This document shows positions 10,438 through 21,007 of a stretch of 64,000 bases of DNA, piece after piece. Position numbers and translations under genes: made by a program. Every line of letters begins with the position of its first letter. The first letter of the stretch is position 1. A model generated the notes under the pieces. That model was not told where the DNA came from, ran no database searches, and saw only the letters and a list, made by a program, of their open reading frames with translations. The DNA comes from a virus: positions 133,359 to 197,358 of IMG/VR virus record IMGVR_UViG_3300025237_000001, one strand, 5' to 3'.

Positions 10438-12183
10438 ATGGCAGAAAAAATCAATATCCCAATTCCAGTTTGTACCGATGTTAACGGAGTTTCATTAAAT
10501 GAATTCCAATACAACACCGATGGTACAGTTGTTGGCATATTAAGTAGTGGTGATGAAACTAATTTAAGCTATAACTGCTGTACAGCGGAAGGGTGGTTTT
10601 TTGACCCAACTGACACCAAATGCTATTGGGCTGATACGTGTGTCAATGGTGGTAACTACCACATTGTTTTAGACCCAGCTGGAAACACTGGTGCATATTT
10701 CCAAGTCAATGAAGATGAGGAAGATTATTGTTCATTGGAACTTAATTTTAGTTTCTTATTAAGAGTTGATTGTCAAAAATTAATAGGGGATTTAAAAGGA
10801 TTTTTAGAAGATATACATTTAGAAGTGGCTATTGAGAAGGTTATTTATGACCCATCGTTACCAATTCCAAATAACTTAGAAGAGATTGCAAGAAAAGATT
10901 TATTCAACATAGGTGATATCGTTACTTTCCTAGATGGAAATATCAACACTGGTATTTTAATGGGTGATAATGAAACTAAAGTCAATAAGAAAATTTCAAT
11001 ACCAGAACCAGAACCAAGAACTTGTGAGAATATCATAAATGAATTCTTAGATGATATGGTACCTAATGCTAATGTGGTAAATGATTTCTCGTTAAATTCA
11101 GATTGGTTTGAATTTAACTTAACTATCGATAATCCAGCGGTATTACAAACAATATTTAATGAAAGAGTTAAAGTTTCCATAATTGGAAATACATTAACTA
11201 ATTTCGCTATTTTACTAGATGATGTACAATTGAATAAAGTGTGTAGAGTACCTAATCCACCACCATTCTTGGATGTGGATTGCCCTTCATTTGATTTAAA
11301 AAGAATTATAGATAATAAAAAATCTTGGGTTGAGAATTTATCATACATTACAAGAGAATTTGATTTAGATAGAAGAGAAACTAAATACGATATTAATCAC
11401 GAGAAACTTTCAATTAATACAAAAGAAATAGACTTAGCATTAAACCCAGCGCAAGCAATTGAAAATGATGTGGTTACATCCATTGTTGGTAATGAATGTT
11501 TATTAGCACCAGCTACTGGTTGTACATCTAATAAGTCTACACATCAGTGTGTAGATTTAAGACCGTTTATAACCACTGAAATAGTGGATAATGACGATTT
11601 AATTAATATGTTAATCGATGTTAAAAATAGGAAAACACTTAGTGCTTACCCAACTTTAGAGTTAATGTATTATAGATATTTAAATAGTATGGCACATTGT
11701 GGTGTTAGTACTAATGCCTTGGATATAGATTCAGTCAATACATTCTTAGATTTAATTGGTTACTATTGGTCAGATTTAATTGAACAAGTAGTGCCAGCGA
11801 CAACGATTTGGGGTTCATCGGTAACAAATGGTGATGGTGGTAATAATAGTAGTAGTATTTTTGGTTCTAACAAATTTGTTTATAGAAAAGGAACTAGCTT
11901 CTTTTGTACTGAATCAGCTTATTATCCAGTACCAAGTCCAGTTAATGGAGTTGAAAGTGTTGGTGTACTATCAGAAGATATCACAGATAGGTTAAATAAA
12001 AAACTTTCAATACCAGTACCTACAAGATGTGAGTCTATATCAATCAAACAACAAAATTATGGTTCAGAATTCTTAGGGACTATAACTCAAAATGGCGATG
12101 GTAAAACTCCATCACCATCTGGTAGTACTATTTCAATAACTGAAACAATTATCGATGAATGTGATTTAATTGAGAAATGTTAA
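10438..12183 (+). CDS. putative structural protein with N-terminal CC module
   Basis: 581 aa; TATTTATA motif upstream; NLSYNCCTAEGW module. Confidence 0.55.
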   Translation: MAEKINIPIPVCTDVNGVSLNEFQYNTDGTVVGILSSGDETNLSYNCCTAEGWFFDPTDTKCYWADTCVNGGNYHIVLDPAGNTGAYFQVNEDEEDYCSLELNFSFLLRVDCQKLIGDLKGFLEDIHLEVAIEKVIYDPSLPIPNNLEEIARKDLFNIGDIVTFLDGNINTGILMGDNETKVNKKISIPEPEPRTCENIINEFLDDMVPNANVVNDFSLNSDWFEFNLTIDNPAVLQTIFNERVKVSIIGNTLTNFAILLDDVQLNKVCRVPNPPPFLDVDCPSFDLKRIIDNKKSWVENLSYITREFDLDRRETKYDINHEKLSINTKEIDLALNPAQAIENDVVTSIVGNECLLAPATGCTSNKSTHQCVDLRPFITTEIVDNDDLINMLIDVKNRKTLSAYPTLELMYYRYLNSMAHCGVSTNALDIDSVNTFLDLIGYYWSDLIEQVVPATTIWGSSVTNGDGGNNSSSIFGSNKFVYRKGTSFFCTESAYYPVPSPVNGVESVGVLSEDITDRLNKKLSIPVPTRCESISIKQQNYGSEFLGTITQNGDGKTPSPSGSTISITETIIDECDLIEKC

Positions 12184-12234
12184 TTGAATAGGTGTTTTTT
12201 TTATATTTATATGAAAGACTAAAAATATTCAAAC

Positions 12235-12528
12235 ATGAGCATTAACACAATTAAATTAAAAATTTCTGGAATAACAAACGGTGGATTAAATACTGCATTT
12301 GAAATGAGGGATGTCTTAACAGATATTACCGACACTTTTTCAGGTGCGACAGGGAATACAATTAACCATTTAGGTGAGTATACTGTAGATACTTTACCAA
12401 CTGGTGTGGTAGGTAATACAGCTTATGTAACAGATGCAATAACGCCAACATACTTAAGTACGTTAACAGGTGGTGGAAATATTTATTGCCCAGTATTTCG
12501 TAATTTAACTGTTTGGGTGTCACATTAA
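12235..12528 (+). CDS. small tail-fibre-associated protein
   Basis: YTVDTLPT..AYVTDA..GGG..PVF..W motif typical of fibre C-termini. Confidence 0.45.
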   Translation: MSINTIKLKISGITNGGLNTAFEMRDVLTDITDTFSGATGNTINHLGEYTVDTLPTGVVGNTAYVTDAITPTYLSTLTGGGNIYCPVFRNLTVWVSH

Positions 12529-12606
12529 CTCTTTAATTTTTAATATTGTTCATTATATTATTATTAATGAATAATTAAAAAATTGATATTTATTAAATAA
12601 AGAAAC

Positions 12607-12867
12607 ATGCCGATATTATTAAAGAAAATAGATGGGAGTATTATAAGCTTATTTGACAGTAATAACTCAGATTTTGTAGGTGAAATAATACACATAAAAA
12701 GAGTTGTTGGTGAATTAGGATTAGAAGACTATATCTTAGTATCATCCTTGGAAGGGTTTGTACAAGACTTTTCACGAGTTATTGACGCTGAGTTTTGTGA
12801 AACAACCCCTGTGACTTTCGGTCCTAACGGTTGCTCAAATTACACGGATTTAAGTTTATCATATTAA
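12607..12867 (+). CDS. hypothetical protein
   Basis: 86-aa ORF with late-type motif upstream, coupled to next gene. Confidence 0.5.
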   Translation: MPILLKKIDGSIISLFDSNNSDFVGEIIHIKRVVGELGLEDYILVSSLEGFVQDFSRVIDAEFCETTPVTFGPNGCSNYTDLSLSY

Positions 12868-14288
12868 TGAGACATCAAGAAAGAGTATATATACAAACTG
12901 CACAAACATGTGTAAGGAACAAAATTATTAACATAGTTAATATGAGTTCGGATATTTGCGAATTTAATGAACCATCTTTCAGTATGTCAGGTGCTAGTAA
13001 AATTATGACTGGTACAACGATTTCTGATGATAATATTCATATTGTTGATACAGGAACTACATTTGACTTATCATTCACTTTCACAGGTAATGTGGAGACG
13101 TTTATCAATACAGACACAAATTTCAAATACGATATTTACCCTTACAACTACCCTAGTAGTACATTTACCGCACCACTAATATTTTCATCTGGTGAAATTG
13201 GATGGGATACATTTAGTGGTACCTCAGCATTTACGGATACTTTACTATTTTCGGAATTTGCCGTAGATGGAGAATATCTAGTTAAAGGTAGTTACGATTT
13301 TACAACTTGTACAGAGTATTTAAGTGCATTGGGTGATATTAACAATACTTCAATGATGATTGGTACCGAATACGGATTATATAACCCAGAATTTGATAGT
13401 TATTTTGCTTTAATAAATAAAGCAACAAAACCAGTATTTACATTATCACCAACTGATAACACTAGATTAGGTGCTTTAATTGTAGAATCAACTACAGTGT
13501 CGGGAGAAACATCTATTACAACCACATCATCATGGCTTGGCTCACCAATAGTGGCTTTAAATGGTATTTCATTAGCTGAAGGTGAATCTAAAGATTTTGA
13601 AACTGTAAATAACACAATATATTTTAATTCACCGTTGGTTACATCGGATATAGTAACAGTAGCATATGTTGGTAGTGGAGCTGAAAATGGATTGGTATCA
13701 GAGTCTTTTATAGTTGAAGACCCAATAGTATCAGGGACTACTGATGGTGAAGGAACCAATCAGTATTACTATAATACCGATATTAGTAAATTTGAGGTTT
13801 ACATGTTAACAGAAGCAGTAGAATTTAATGACATTATAGTTACTTTAAATGGTGTTACATTAGCGAATGTTGCGGATTATAGCCAATCTTTAGTGAACTC
13901 TAAAAGAATAATATTAAATGGTATTATACTCGACAAAGATGTTATCACAATAACATATAATAGTTATGGTACTTTTGTGGGTACAATTTATACCGATAAT
14001 TTCGAAGTTTTTTGGACCGTAAGCCCACCACCAACTAATACATCTGGAATTTTCACTGCAATTGCAGCTGATGATGATTCATTTTCTGGTGGAACAATTA
14101 TATATAGTGCGACAACTCCATATGTAACGAATCTTAATAGTTATTCAACTATTCTTGATGTAAGTGGCTATACTGGAACGACATTATTTTATAAAATCGT
14201 CAACCAAAAAGATTTCACTTTAATAATTGATGAGATAATAACAACAACAACTGACAGTGATATTATACCAATAACACTTTCATTATAA
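12867..14288 (+). CDS. putative structural protein
   Basis: ATG at 12867 overlaps upstream stop; Thr/Ser-rich with two repeated V-x-LNG-x-x-L segments. Confidence 0.55.
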   Translation: MRHQERVYIQTAQTCVRNKIINIVNMSSDICEFNEPSFSMSGASKIMTGTTISDDNIHIVDTGTTFDLSFTFTGNVETFINTDTNFKYDIYPYNYPSSTFTAPLIFSSGEIGWDTFSGTSAFTDTLLFSEFAVDGEYLVKGSYDFTTCTEYLSALGDINNTSMMIGTEYGLYNPEFDSYFALINKATKPVFTLSPTDNTRLGALIVESTTVSGETSITTTSSWLGSPIVALNGISLAEGESKDFETVNNTIYFNSPLVTSDIVTVAYVGSGAENGLVSESFIVEDPIVSGTTDGEGTNQYYYNTDISKFEVYMLTEAVEFNDIIVTLNGVTLANVADYSQSLVNSKRIILNGIILDKDVITITYNSYGTFVGTIYTDNFEVFWTVSPPPTNTSGIFTAIAADDDSFSGGTIIYSATTPYVTNLNSYSTILDVSGYTGTTLFYKIVNQKDFTLIIDEIITTTTDSDIIPITLSL

Positions 14289-14354
14289 AAAAAAACGAAT
14301 AATTTATTGATTTATCAATATTTATAATTAAATTACATATACAATAGAAAAGTT

Positions 14355-16409
14355 ATGAGCTATATAATTAAAAGTACGACCCCATTTGCAAGTACAAAGT
14401 TAACAGACAAAGGTAGAGAAAAAATTGCTAAAGGGCAATTAAACTTCTCCACATGGTCAATTGGTGACTCTGAAATTAACTATGATAGAGAAGTTTTCGT
14501 TCAAGGTGACGTTATAACTGGAACTACAAGAGTTTTAAGACCTAAAGATAAACAACCTAATTTAAAATCCTTAATAAACAATAGTAGTGGATTCAACTCA
14601 TTTGCGTTTGGTTCAGAGGACATTAGATGTATTAAAGTTACAGTTGATAATGAAGCTGATGAAAGAGGATTCTTTGAAGGTGATTTAGCCACAGGGTTCG
14701 TAACTAGCCTTACTGGGTCAACCAGTGGGTCAACATTACCTGAATATATTAGACTTTCTGGTGGAACGTTAAATTTTTCAGTTGTAAATGGTGGAACTAC
14801 AATTGATATTACTGACTCTGGGGCTGTTGAAGGTGATTTCTTATTACTAAAAACAGGTTATTCAGATTATACCAATGATGCACCAGAACCACATTTATGG
14901 TTTAAAGTACAAGGTGTTGCTGGAAGTGTTATTACAGTAGATAGAGAATTACCAAGTTTTACTACTGGTGATACAAAATATATATTATATAAAGGTGGTC
15001 AAATTTATGACAACGAACCAGATAGTATCGCATATTGGGATACAGGTACATTATCATTTGATAGCTCATGTGATATAACTACTATGGACGTTCCAATGTG
15101 GAACATGAACATTCCATATTCAGCTGATATTATTGGAACTACAGGAACAACAGAGTATGAAAAACATATTAATTATGGTTCATACGATTATATAAGTCAA
15201 AAAGATTCATATTTAGATGATATAACACAAATAGTTACTTCTGACCAAATTAAAGAAGATTTTGATTCAATGGGAATTATCCATTATTCAAATAAAACGA
15301 TTTCAAATTTATATGGTGAATTTCTTCATATAGATGGTGCAACTAAACAAGTTAAAATTCATTTACCAAATTTAATGTACCATAGAAAAGCTTTTAGTGG
15401 TTCAACAACTGGTGATAAAATGGGTATGACATTCATAGCTAGTGGTACATCAACAACAAATGGTATTGGATTAAGATATGTTTCATTAGTAGAAGATGGG
15501 AGTTTAGTAATTAACACCCCTATTGCCATTGGTAGAGTTTACCCTGATTTAAAAATCATTGTAATCGATGACCCAGAGGTTCTTGCTGCAATGTCATATA
15601 AGTCAAACAGAAATTGGACATTACCTAAATTTAATTTAGCATTATCAAACTCTCAAAAGGGTGTAGGTGGTGGACTTTTAAATATAAATGAAACAATATA
15701 CGTAACATATACACTTGATAATGAAAGTGGTTCAGGTATTGCACCAGCGTTACCAAATCAATCTATTGCAAAACTATTAAATAATACCACATCAGAATTA
15801 GATGTATTATTTAATATTGAAGATATTAATTTATTTCCATTCATGAGAGATGATGACACTACGGACGGATTTTATGCTGACACATTTAAAGTATTATTTC
15901 AAATAGTACCTAACGGTGGTACTCTTGAAGCTGATAGTTGGAGTCAAGTAGATTTCACTTCTTCAGTAAGTGGTGCAACCTTTGTAGATGTGGCAACATT
16001 AGAAATGCAAAGTCCATTTGCGGTGACACCTAATTTTAATTTAAGTGTAGCTTCCACAAGTGGTGCAACGGCATATTCAGTTATTGACACGTTAACTATG
16101 CCACCGAGTGTCTCACCAGAATTATTACAATTTGGTGATGAAAGATTTTTTTATGGAAATGTTGAAACCTTTATTGGTGCAACAATTTACAAAACAATAT
16201 TCAAAATTTCAATCAATGCTAATGATTTCCGTTCAACTGGGAATGCAAGTAAACAACTTATCACAGACACATCACAACCGAATATTAAGGTGAGTGAAGT
16301 AGGTATTTATGATTCAGATGGGGATTTAGTAATAATAAGCAAACTTAGTGACCCAGTAGAACTGGCATCAGGTAAAACGGTAATTTTAGAATTATCAATG
16401 GACTTTTAA
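14355..16409 (+). CDS. putative baseplate wedge/tail protein
   Basis: KLTDKGREKIAKG..WSIGDSEINY N-terminus and SEVGIYD..GDLVIISK C-terminus typical of fibre-anchoring proteins. Confidence 0.6.
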   Translation: MSYIIKSTTPFASTKLTDKGREKIAKGQLNFSTWSIGDSEINYDREVFVQGDVITGTTRVLRPKDKQPNLKSLINNSSGFNSFAFGSEDIRCIKVTVDNEADERGFFEGDLATGFVTSLTGSTSGSTLPEYIRLSGGTLNFSVVNGGTTIDITDSGAVEGDFLLLKTGYSDYTNDAPEPHLWFKVQGVAGSVITVDRELPSFTTGDTKYILYKGGQIYDNEPDSIAYWDTGTLSFDSSCDITTMDVPMWNMNIPYSADIIGTTGTTEYEKHINYGSYDYISQKDSYLDDITQIVTSDQIKEDFDSMGIIHYSNKTISNLYGEFLHIDGATKQVKIHLPNLMYHRKAFSGSTTGDKMGMTFIASGTSTTNGIGLRYVSLVEDGSLVINTPIAIGRVYPDLKIIVIDDPEVLAAMSYKSNRNWTLPKFNLALSNSQKGVGGGLLNINETIYVTYTLDNESGSGIAPALPNQSIAKLLNNTTSELDVLFNIEDINLFPFMRDDDTTDGFYADTFKVLFQIVPNGGTLEADSWSQVDFTSSVSGATFVDVATLEMQSPFAVTPNFNLSVASTSGATAYSVIDTLTMPPSVSPELLQFGDERFFYGNVETFIGATIYKTIFKISINANDFRSTGNASKQLITDTSQPNIKVSEVGIYDSDGDLVIISKLSDPVELASGKTVILELSMDF

Positions 16410-16412
16410 GAT

Positions 16413-17615
16413 ATGGGATTTATAACAAGCGCAAATACAATAACAATTACAGCCAAATTAACTCCATTTGGTAGACAACAATTATTAACCAATAGTAGTA
16501 GTATTATTACACAATTTAGTTTGGGTGATAGTGACGCTAGTTATTTAGGTGAATTACCCTTAGATATGGGTAAAGTTCCAGCATTATCTGGAGAAATAGG
16601 AGTTAATGAATTATTTAGTAATGGACTTTGGTCAGGAGTTGCCATAGAGTCACCTATTGTTGTAAATGGTTTTGGTGATACAAGAAAACCAGTACAAGCT
16701 GGTTCAAATCAAGTAGTTATCACCCCAGTAAGTCAAGGTATTACAGGGATTACAGGAACGTCATTGACTCAACTAATAGTTAATAGAACTGAAGGTGATA
16801 CCGATGGTAATGCTAATTTATTCAAATCATTTGGGTTACCACTTACACAAGATGATAAAAACTTATATACAACATTCGTATCACCAACTGGGTATTTAGA
16901 TACAGCAATTAGAAATTTTAATCAAGATAAAGTATTGGTTATTGCAATTGATAAATGTATGTATGGTGAAATTATAGATGGAAAATCGGTTCACGTTGAA
17001 TTAGAAACTACTGGTGCAACGACATATAACTTATACACAGCATTCCAAAAGAGTTTAACACCAAAATCAAGTCTTGATAGTCAAGTGTCAGAAAACTTAG
17101 ACTTAGGTGCTGGTATTGGTAAGAATATTGCGTTCTTATTTTCTGATGAAGTTCAGAAACCTAATAGTGACGCAACCAAAAGTTGGGCAACAGGTAGTGG
17201 ACAAATTAAATCACATAGTCTTAATAGTAAAGAGTCGTTTAATTCACTTTCAGTACCATCAACATCAACTAACATGGACCATGCAGTAGGTATCGCTTAT
17301 CTAGATAAGGGGATTATTGTAATTACACATCCAGATATTGTAGACAATTACGACCCAATATCTGCCAGTGGGACAACAACAGTAACTTATAATCATATTT
17401 CAAATGAAGTTGCTCAAAATATTACATGTGTGGTTGAAAGAACTGAGTTTGCTTCAACAACAAACAATACTTGGAGTGATGGTGATTTAATCAGAGTTAG
17501 TGAAATGGCATTATATGATACGTTTAATAATGTTATAGCATATGCAAAGAGTAACGACCATATTATCATTGGTGCCAGTCAATATATGGTATTAGGTGTT
17601 AGAATTTTAGTATAA
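16413..17615 (+). CDS. putative baseplate/tail protein, paralog of upstream gene
   Basis: KLTPFGRQQL..FSLGDSD N-terminus and SEMALYD..VIAYAK C-terminus mirror 14355..16409. Confidence 0.6.
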   Translation: MGFITSANTITITAKLTPFGRQQLLTNSSSIITQFSLGDSDASYLGELPLDMGKVPALSGEIGVNELFSNGLWSGVAIESPIVVNGFGDTRKPVQAGSNQVVITPVSQGITGITGTSLTQLIVNRTEGDTDGNANLFKSFGLPLTQDDKNLYTTFVSPTGYLDTAIRNFNQDKVLVIAIDKCMYGEIIDGKSVHVELETTGATTYNLYTAFQKSLTPKSSLDSQVSENLDLGAGIGKNIAFLFSDEVQKPNSDATKSWATGSGQIKSHSLNSKESFNSLSVPSTSTNMDHAVGIAYLDKGIIVITHPDIVDNYDPISASGTTTVTYNHISNEVAQNITCVVERTEFASTTNNTWSDGDLIRVSEMALYDTFNNVIAYAKSNDHIIIGASQYMVLGVRILV

Positions 17616-17662
17616 AACTTTACTTATTTTTTAAATTATATATATTAAGCTCATAAATTAAA

Positions 17663-18325
17663 ATGATGAGTAAAAAACAAGAATATGTATTAGGATTAGA
17701 TGTGTCAACTAAGACCATCGGTATTGCCTTATATGAGGATTTAGGTGATAAAGGTAATTTAACTGCGTTAACGCATGTTACCCCTAAAATAAAGCCAGTC
17801 CCACCTACAAAGACACAAGAATTATTTGAAAAATGTAATATTTTTGAAGAACAATGTTTGGATAAATATAAAGATTTGAATATAACTAGAGTTATCATTG
17901 AAGAACCTTTGTTAAGGTCTAATAATGTTAACACTGTTGGAATTCTATTGAAATTCAATGGTATGATTTCAATGGCTGTTTATAAAAAATTGGGTGTGGT
18001 ACCAGATTTCATCTCGGTATTTGATGCTAGAGCATTTGGGTTTCCTCAATTAATGGCTATTAGAACTCATAATAAGAAAGGTGAAAGATACCCAGAAAAA
18101 GAGATTCAGAAAAAGATAGATGCAGATAAGAAAACGTTGTTTGGTGCTTATGATTGGAAAATCGATAAGAAAACAGTTATTTGGGAGTTAGTCGCTGACT
18201 TATACCCACTAATAAAATGGACATACAATAGAAATATGGTCCTAGCTAAAGAAAATTACGATATGACCGATGCGGCTACCGCTGTTGAAGGTTATATGAA
18301 TAAAATCGGCAATTGGAAAAAATAA
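17663..18325 (+). CDS. RuvC-like Holliday junction resolvase
   Basis: VLGLDVSTKTIG, VIIEEP and DMTDAA acidic motifs. Confidence 0.75.
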   Translation: MMSKKQEYVLGLDVSTKTIGIALYEDLGDKGNLTALTHVTPKIKPVPPTKTQELFEKCNIFEEQCLDKYKDLNITRVIIEEPLLRSNNVNTVGILLKFNGMISMAVYKKLGVVPDFISVFDARAFGFPQLMAIRTHNKKGERYPEKEIQKKIDADKKTLFGAYDWKIDKKTVIWELVADLYPLIKWTYNRNMVLAKENYDMTDAATAVEGYMNKIGNWKK

Positions 18326-18373
18326 TCGGTAATGCCGATTTACTATCTGGCAATTAACGGTAAGAAAAATACT

Positions 18374-18418
18374 AATGAACCCTTGTTTTTACTACAAAAA
18401 ACAAGGGTTCATTTTTTT
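18374..18418 (+). terminator. intrinsic terminator
   Basis: AATGAACCCTTGTTTTT-ACTACA-AAAAACAAGGGTTCATT followed by T-run. Confidence 0.85.
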
Positions 18419-18467
18419 ATCTGGTAATTAACGGTAATTATAATTTTGATTTCCGATAAAAAATGAG

Positions 18468-18475
18468 TATATTTG
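18468..18475 (+). promoter_or_regulatory. Bacteroidota sigma-A-type -7 element TATATTTG
   Basis: Identical octamer recurs upstream of units at 43178, 48921, 49410, 51263, 52904, 58424, 62222, 63741; matches TAnnTTTG consensus. Confidence 0.7.
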
Positions 18476-18479
18476 CAAA

Positions 18480-19457
18480 ATGTCAATGATAGTAAATATA
18501 TTAGAAAACTTTCTTGGAACTCCTTTTTCACATTATGAAGGGAAGTCCCAAGTCGCTTTCGATTGCCCTATGTGTGCCGAAGACAAGGGTATGTATGATG
18601 GTGATGGGAGAGGTAATCTTGCTGTCAACTACAAACAAGGTGTATATAAGTGTTGGTCATGTTGGGAACGTAACAATATGTATGGGTCATTACTATGGTT
18701 AATACAAAAATACGGTAATAAACAACATTACAAAGATTATTTATTAATCGCACCTAAGATTATTCATGATAGACATAAAAAGGAAATCGATGAGGTAATC
18801 ATCAAAGTAAAATACCCCGAATCTTATAAAAAATTTAGTGAAAGCACACCATATCATACACAATATGGTGAGGCGAATAGATATGTTAAGGGTAGAGGTC
18901 TCCCAGATTCCATTTTAAAGCGATTTAACGTAGGTTTTACATGTGATGGTAGAAGAAGAGAAAGAATCATAATTCCATCCTATGACATCAACGGAGAGCT
19001 TAATTACTACATTGCTAGGTCATGGAATAAATGGAACAAGGCTAAATATATGAATCCTGAATCTGACGTAGAAGCCAAAAGTAAACAAGATATCATTTTC
19101 AATGAAGGTTTGATTAATTGGGATTCTACAATTTATTTAGTGGAAGGTGCATTTGACCATATTGTAACTCCAAACTCAATTCCATTATTAGGTAAGTTTA
19201 TATCAGAAATCTTATTCGATACCCTTCAACGTAAAGCGAAGGGTGATATTGTAATAGTATTAGATGGTGGTAACGAAGAAAAAAGGGATGCGTTATTATT
19301 ATATAAGCGATTAAACACACTTAACCTATACAATAGAATTAAAATAGTTTATTTGCTCGATAAATTTGATTTATCTTTAATATATGAGAAATCTGGACCA
19401 AAGGGAATTATGACTACATTGAAAACCGCTCATAAACTCCAAGAGAGTAGATTGTAA
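18480..19457 (+). CDS. DNA primase (DnaG-like, Zn finger plus TOPRIM)
   Basis: CPMC/CWSC Zn ligands; LVEGAFD and VLDGG TOPRIM motifs. Confidence 0.85.
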   Translation: MSMIVNILENFLGTPFSHYEGKSQVAFDCPMCAEDKGMYDGDGRGNLAVNYKQGVYKCWSCWERNNMYGSLLWLIQKYGNKQHYKDYLLIAPKIIHDRHKKEIDEVIIKVKYPESYKKFSESTPYHTQYGEANRYVKGRGLPDSILKRFNVGFTCDGRRRERIIIPSYDINGELNYYIARSWNKWNKAKYMNPESDVEAKSKQDIIFNEGLINWDSTIYLVEGAFDHIVTPNSIPLLGKFISEILFDTLQRKAKGDIVIVLDGGNEEKRDALLLYKRLNTLNLYNRIKIVYLLDKFDLSLIYEKSGPKGIMTTLKTAHKLQESRL

Positions 19458-20498
19458 TTATTTTCGAGTAATAACCATACCGTATAAATACGGTTTTTCT
19501 TGTCTTCTAGAATAAGGTCCTTTACCAATTTCTACAGCACCTATATGTTCCCAAAAAGGTTTTATTGAATCAAGACATTGTAATAAGATATATTGAATCT
19601 TAGGTAATTTAGCGAATATGAATTCTATTCCTAACGGACCGTAACCTTTTCCTTGCTCAGATGCGTTAAAACCACCTTGTAAGTATAGTGCGTTATTAAA
19701 CACCTTACCATGCATTTTAATTTGCCCTAATTCACCAACACCAAAATCAACTATTGGGTTATCATCTAAGTATATTACATTTGGACCACTTTTATTGAAT
19801 CGACCATCATTAAATCTTAAACCAGTTAAATCATTAGCTTCTTTAACCATACCAATCTCATATTCATCATCTTCGGGACCGTTACTACTTGTATGGCGAT
19901 TTGTTAATTCTTCTGACACTTTTTCTTTTCCTATAAATTTAATTGCCGCTGGATTAAAAATAATAATATGTTTTTCATTGGTCCAATCCCTTGGTGCGTC
20001 AACAACCAAACCATCATAACCTAATTTCGTCATACTTTTAATATAACGAAGTGGTGTGTGTTGATACCACCCATTTAATACATTAAAAAACGCACCAGCT
20101 TCATCACCAGCAACCTGTAAGGCATATTTTGCAGCTATTTGAATCCCTATTTGAGGGTTTTCATTATAATTTTGAGCTTCCATCTCCCATTCATTTTCAT
20201 CTTCACCACTCATTTTCATAAGCGTAATAATTTCTTTGATATCAACATTTCGTATAGAAGTGTCAGTATCTATAAACCGTCCATTAATTTCAACTTTATA
20301 TACATTTTTACCAAACATTCTAGCGTTATCGTAACTTGTGGTAAAATAAATACCTGGTCCATGATGTTGTGTATTACCTTCACCATCAACAAAACTATCC
20401 GAGAATCGTTTTATATCGTGGTCAGTACCATGATAAGCAACAAAACTATGGTCTGTCGCCTCACTTATCACACTTTCAAATAATTTGTTTAATTTCAT
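19458..20498 (-). CDS. ADP-ribosyltransferase-like domain fused to GNAT-like domain
   Basis: AYHGT..GPGIYFT..GYDGLVV..IIIFNP (ART fold); EQGKGYG..PFWEHIG (GNAT motifs). Confidence 0.6.
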   Translation of the reverse strand: MKLNKLFESVISEATDHSFVAYHGTDHDIKRFSDSFVDGEGNTQHHGPGIYFTTSYDNARMFGKNVYKVEINGRFIDTDTSIRNVDIKEIITLMKMSGEDENEWEMEAQNYNENPQIGIQIAAKYALQVAGDEAGAFFNVLNGWYQHTPLRYIKSMTKLGYDGLVVDAPRDWTNEKHIIIFNPAAIKFIGKEKVSEELTNRHTSSNGPEDDEYEIGMVKEANDLTGLRFNDGRFNKSGPNVIYLDDNPIVDFGVGELGQIKMHGKVFNNALYLQGGFNASEQGKGYGPLGIEFIFAKLPKIQYILLQCLDSIKPFWEHIGAVEIGKGPYSRRQEKPYLYGMVITRK

Positions 20499-20503
20499 TT
20501 TCT

Positions 20504-21007
20504 TTAATTTATTATAAAATCTTCGTAATACATTTGTAATTGTCTTTCATTTTGGAAATACTTAATATCATCTTCAGTTGGATTATAATTTACCATTTCT
20601 CTACCTTTAATAATAACACCATCATACCCCATTTCTTGCATTTCAGCTTCTACCGTAGTATTTTTAAAGAATTCTCTTTGGTCTGGAAAATTTCCAGTTG
20701 AGTATTTCATGAATAAATTCCTTTGAGACCATATTTCCCATTCATTTAATGAATCAACCACCAAAGGTGTTTTAGGTATCGCACCAATTAAGAAATAAAC
20801 AGTCCCATATTGTTTAGCCAAAGCTTTGTTCCCTAAAGGAGCTACGTATAATCCTAATCCAAGCATTCCACCACCACCATTTGATTGCCCTACATTTTTA
20901 GCACCTCTAATAGTCACGTTTTTACGTTTCCATTTTAAATACTCCTTATGGTTATATTCAATTTCTCCATCGGTTATAACACCTTCAAATAATTTGTTTA
21001 ATTTCAT
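20504..21007 (-). CDS. ADP-ribosyltransferase-like protein
   Basis: IRG..GLGLYV..AKQYG..GYDGVII..EMVNY; same MKLNKLFE leader as neighbour. Confidence 0.5.
   Translation of the reverse strand: MKLNKLFEGVITDGEIEYNHKEYLKWKRKNVTIRGAKNVGQSNGGGGMLGLGLYVAPLGNKALAKQYGTVYFLIGAIPKTPLVVDSLNEWEIWSQRNLFMKYSTGNFPDQREFFKNTTVEAEMQEMGYDGVIIKGREMVNYNPTEDDIKYFQNERQLQMYYEDFIIN

Noticed and set aside
4981-17615. Diversity-generating retroelement acting on tail genes
   Set aside because: No reverse transcriptase and no near-identical TR/VR pair; Cys-module copies differ at all base types
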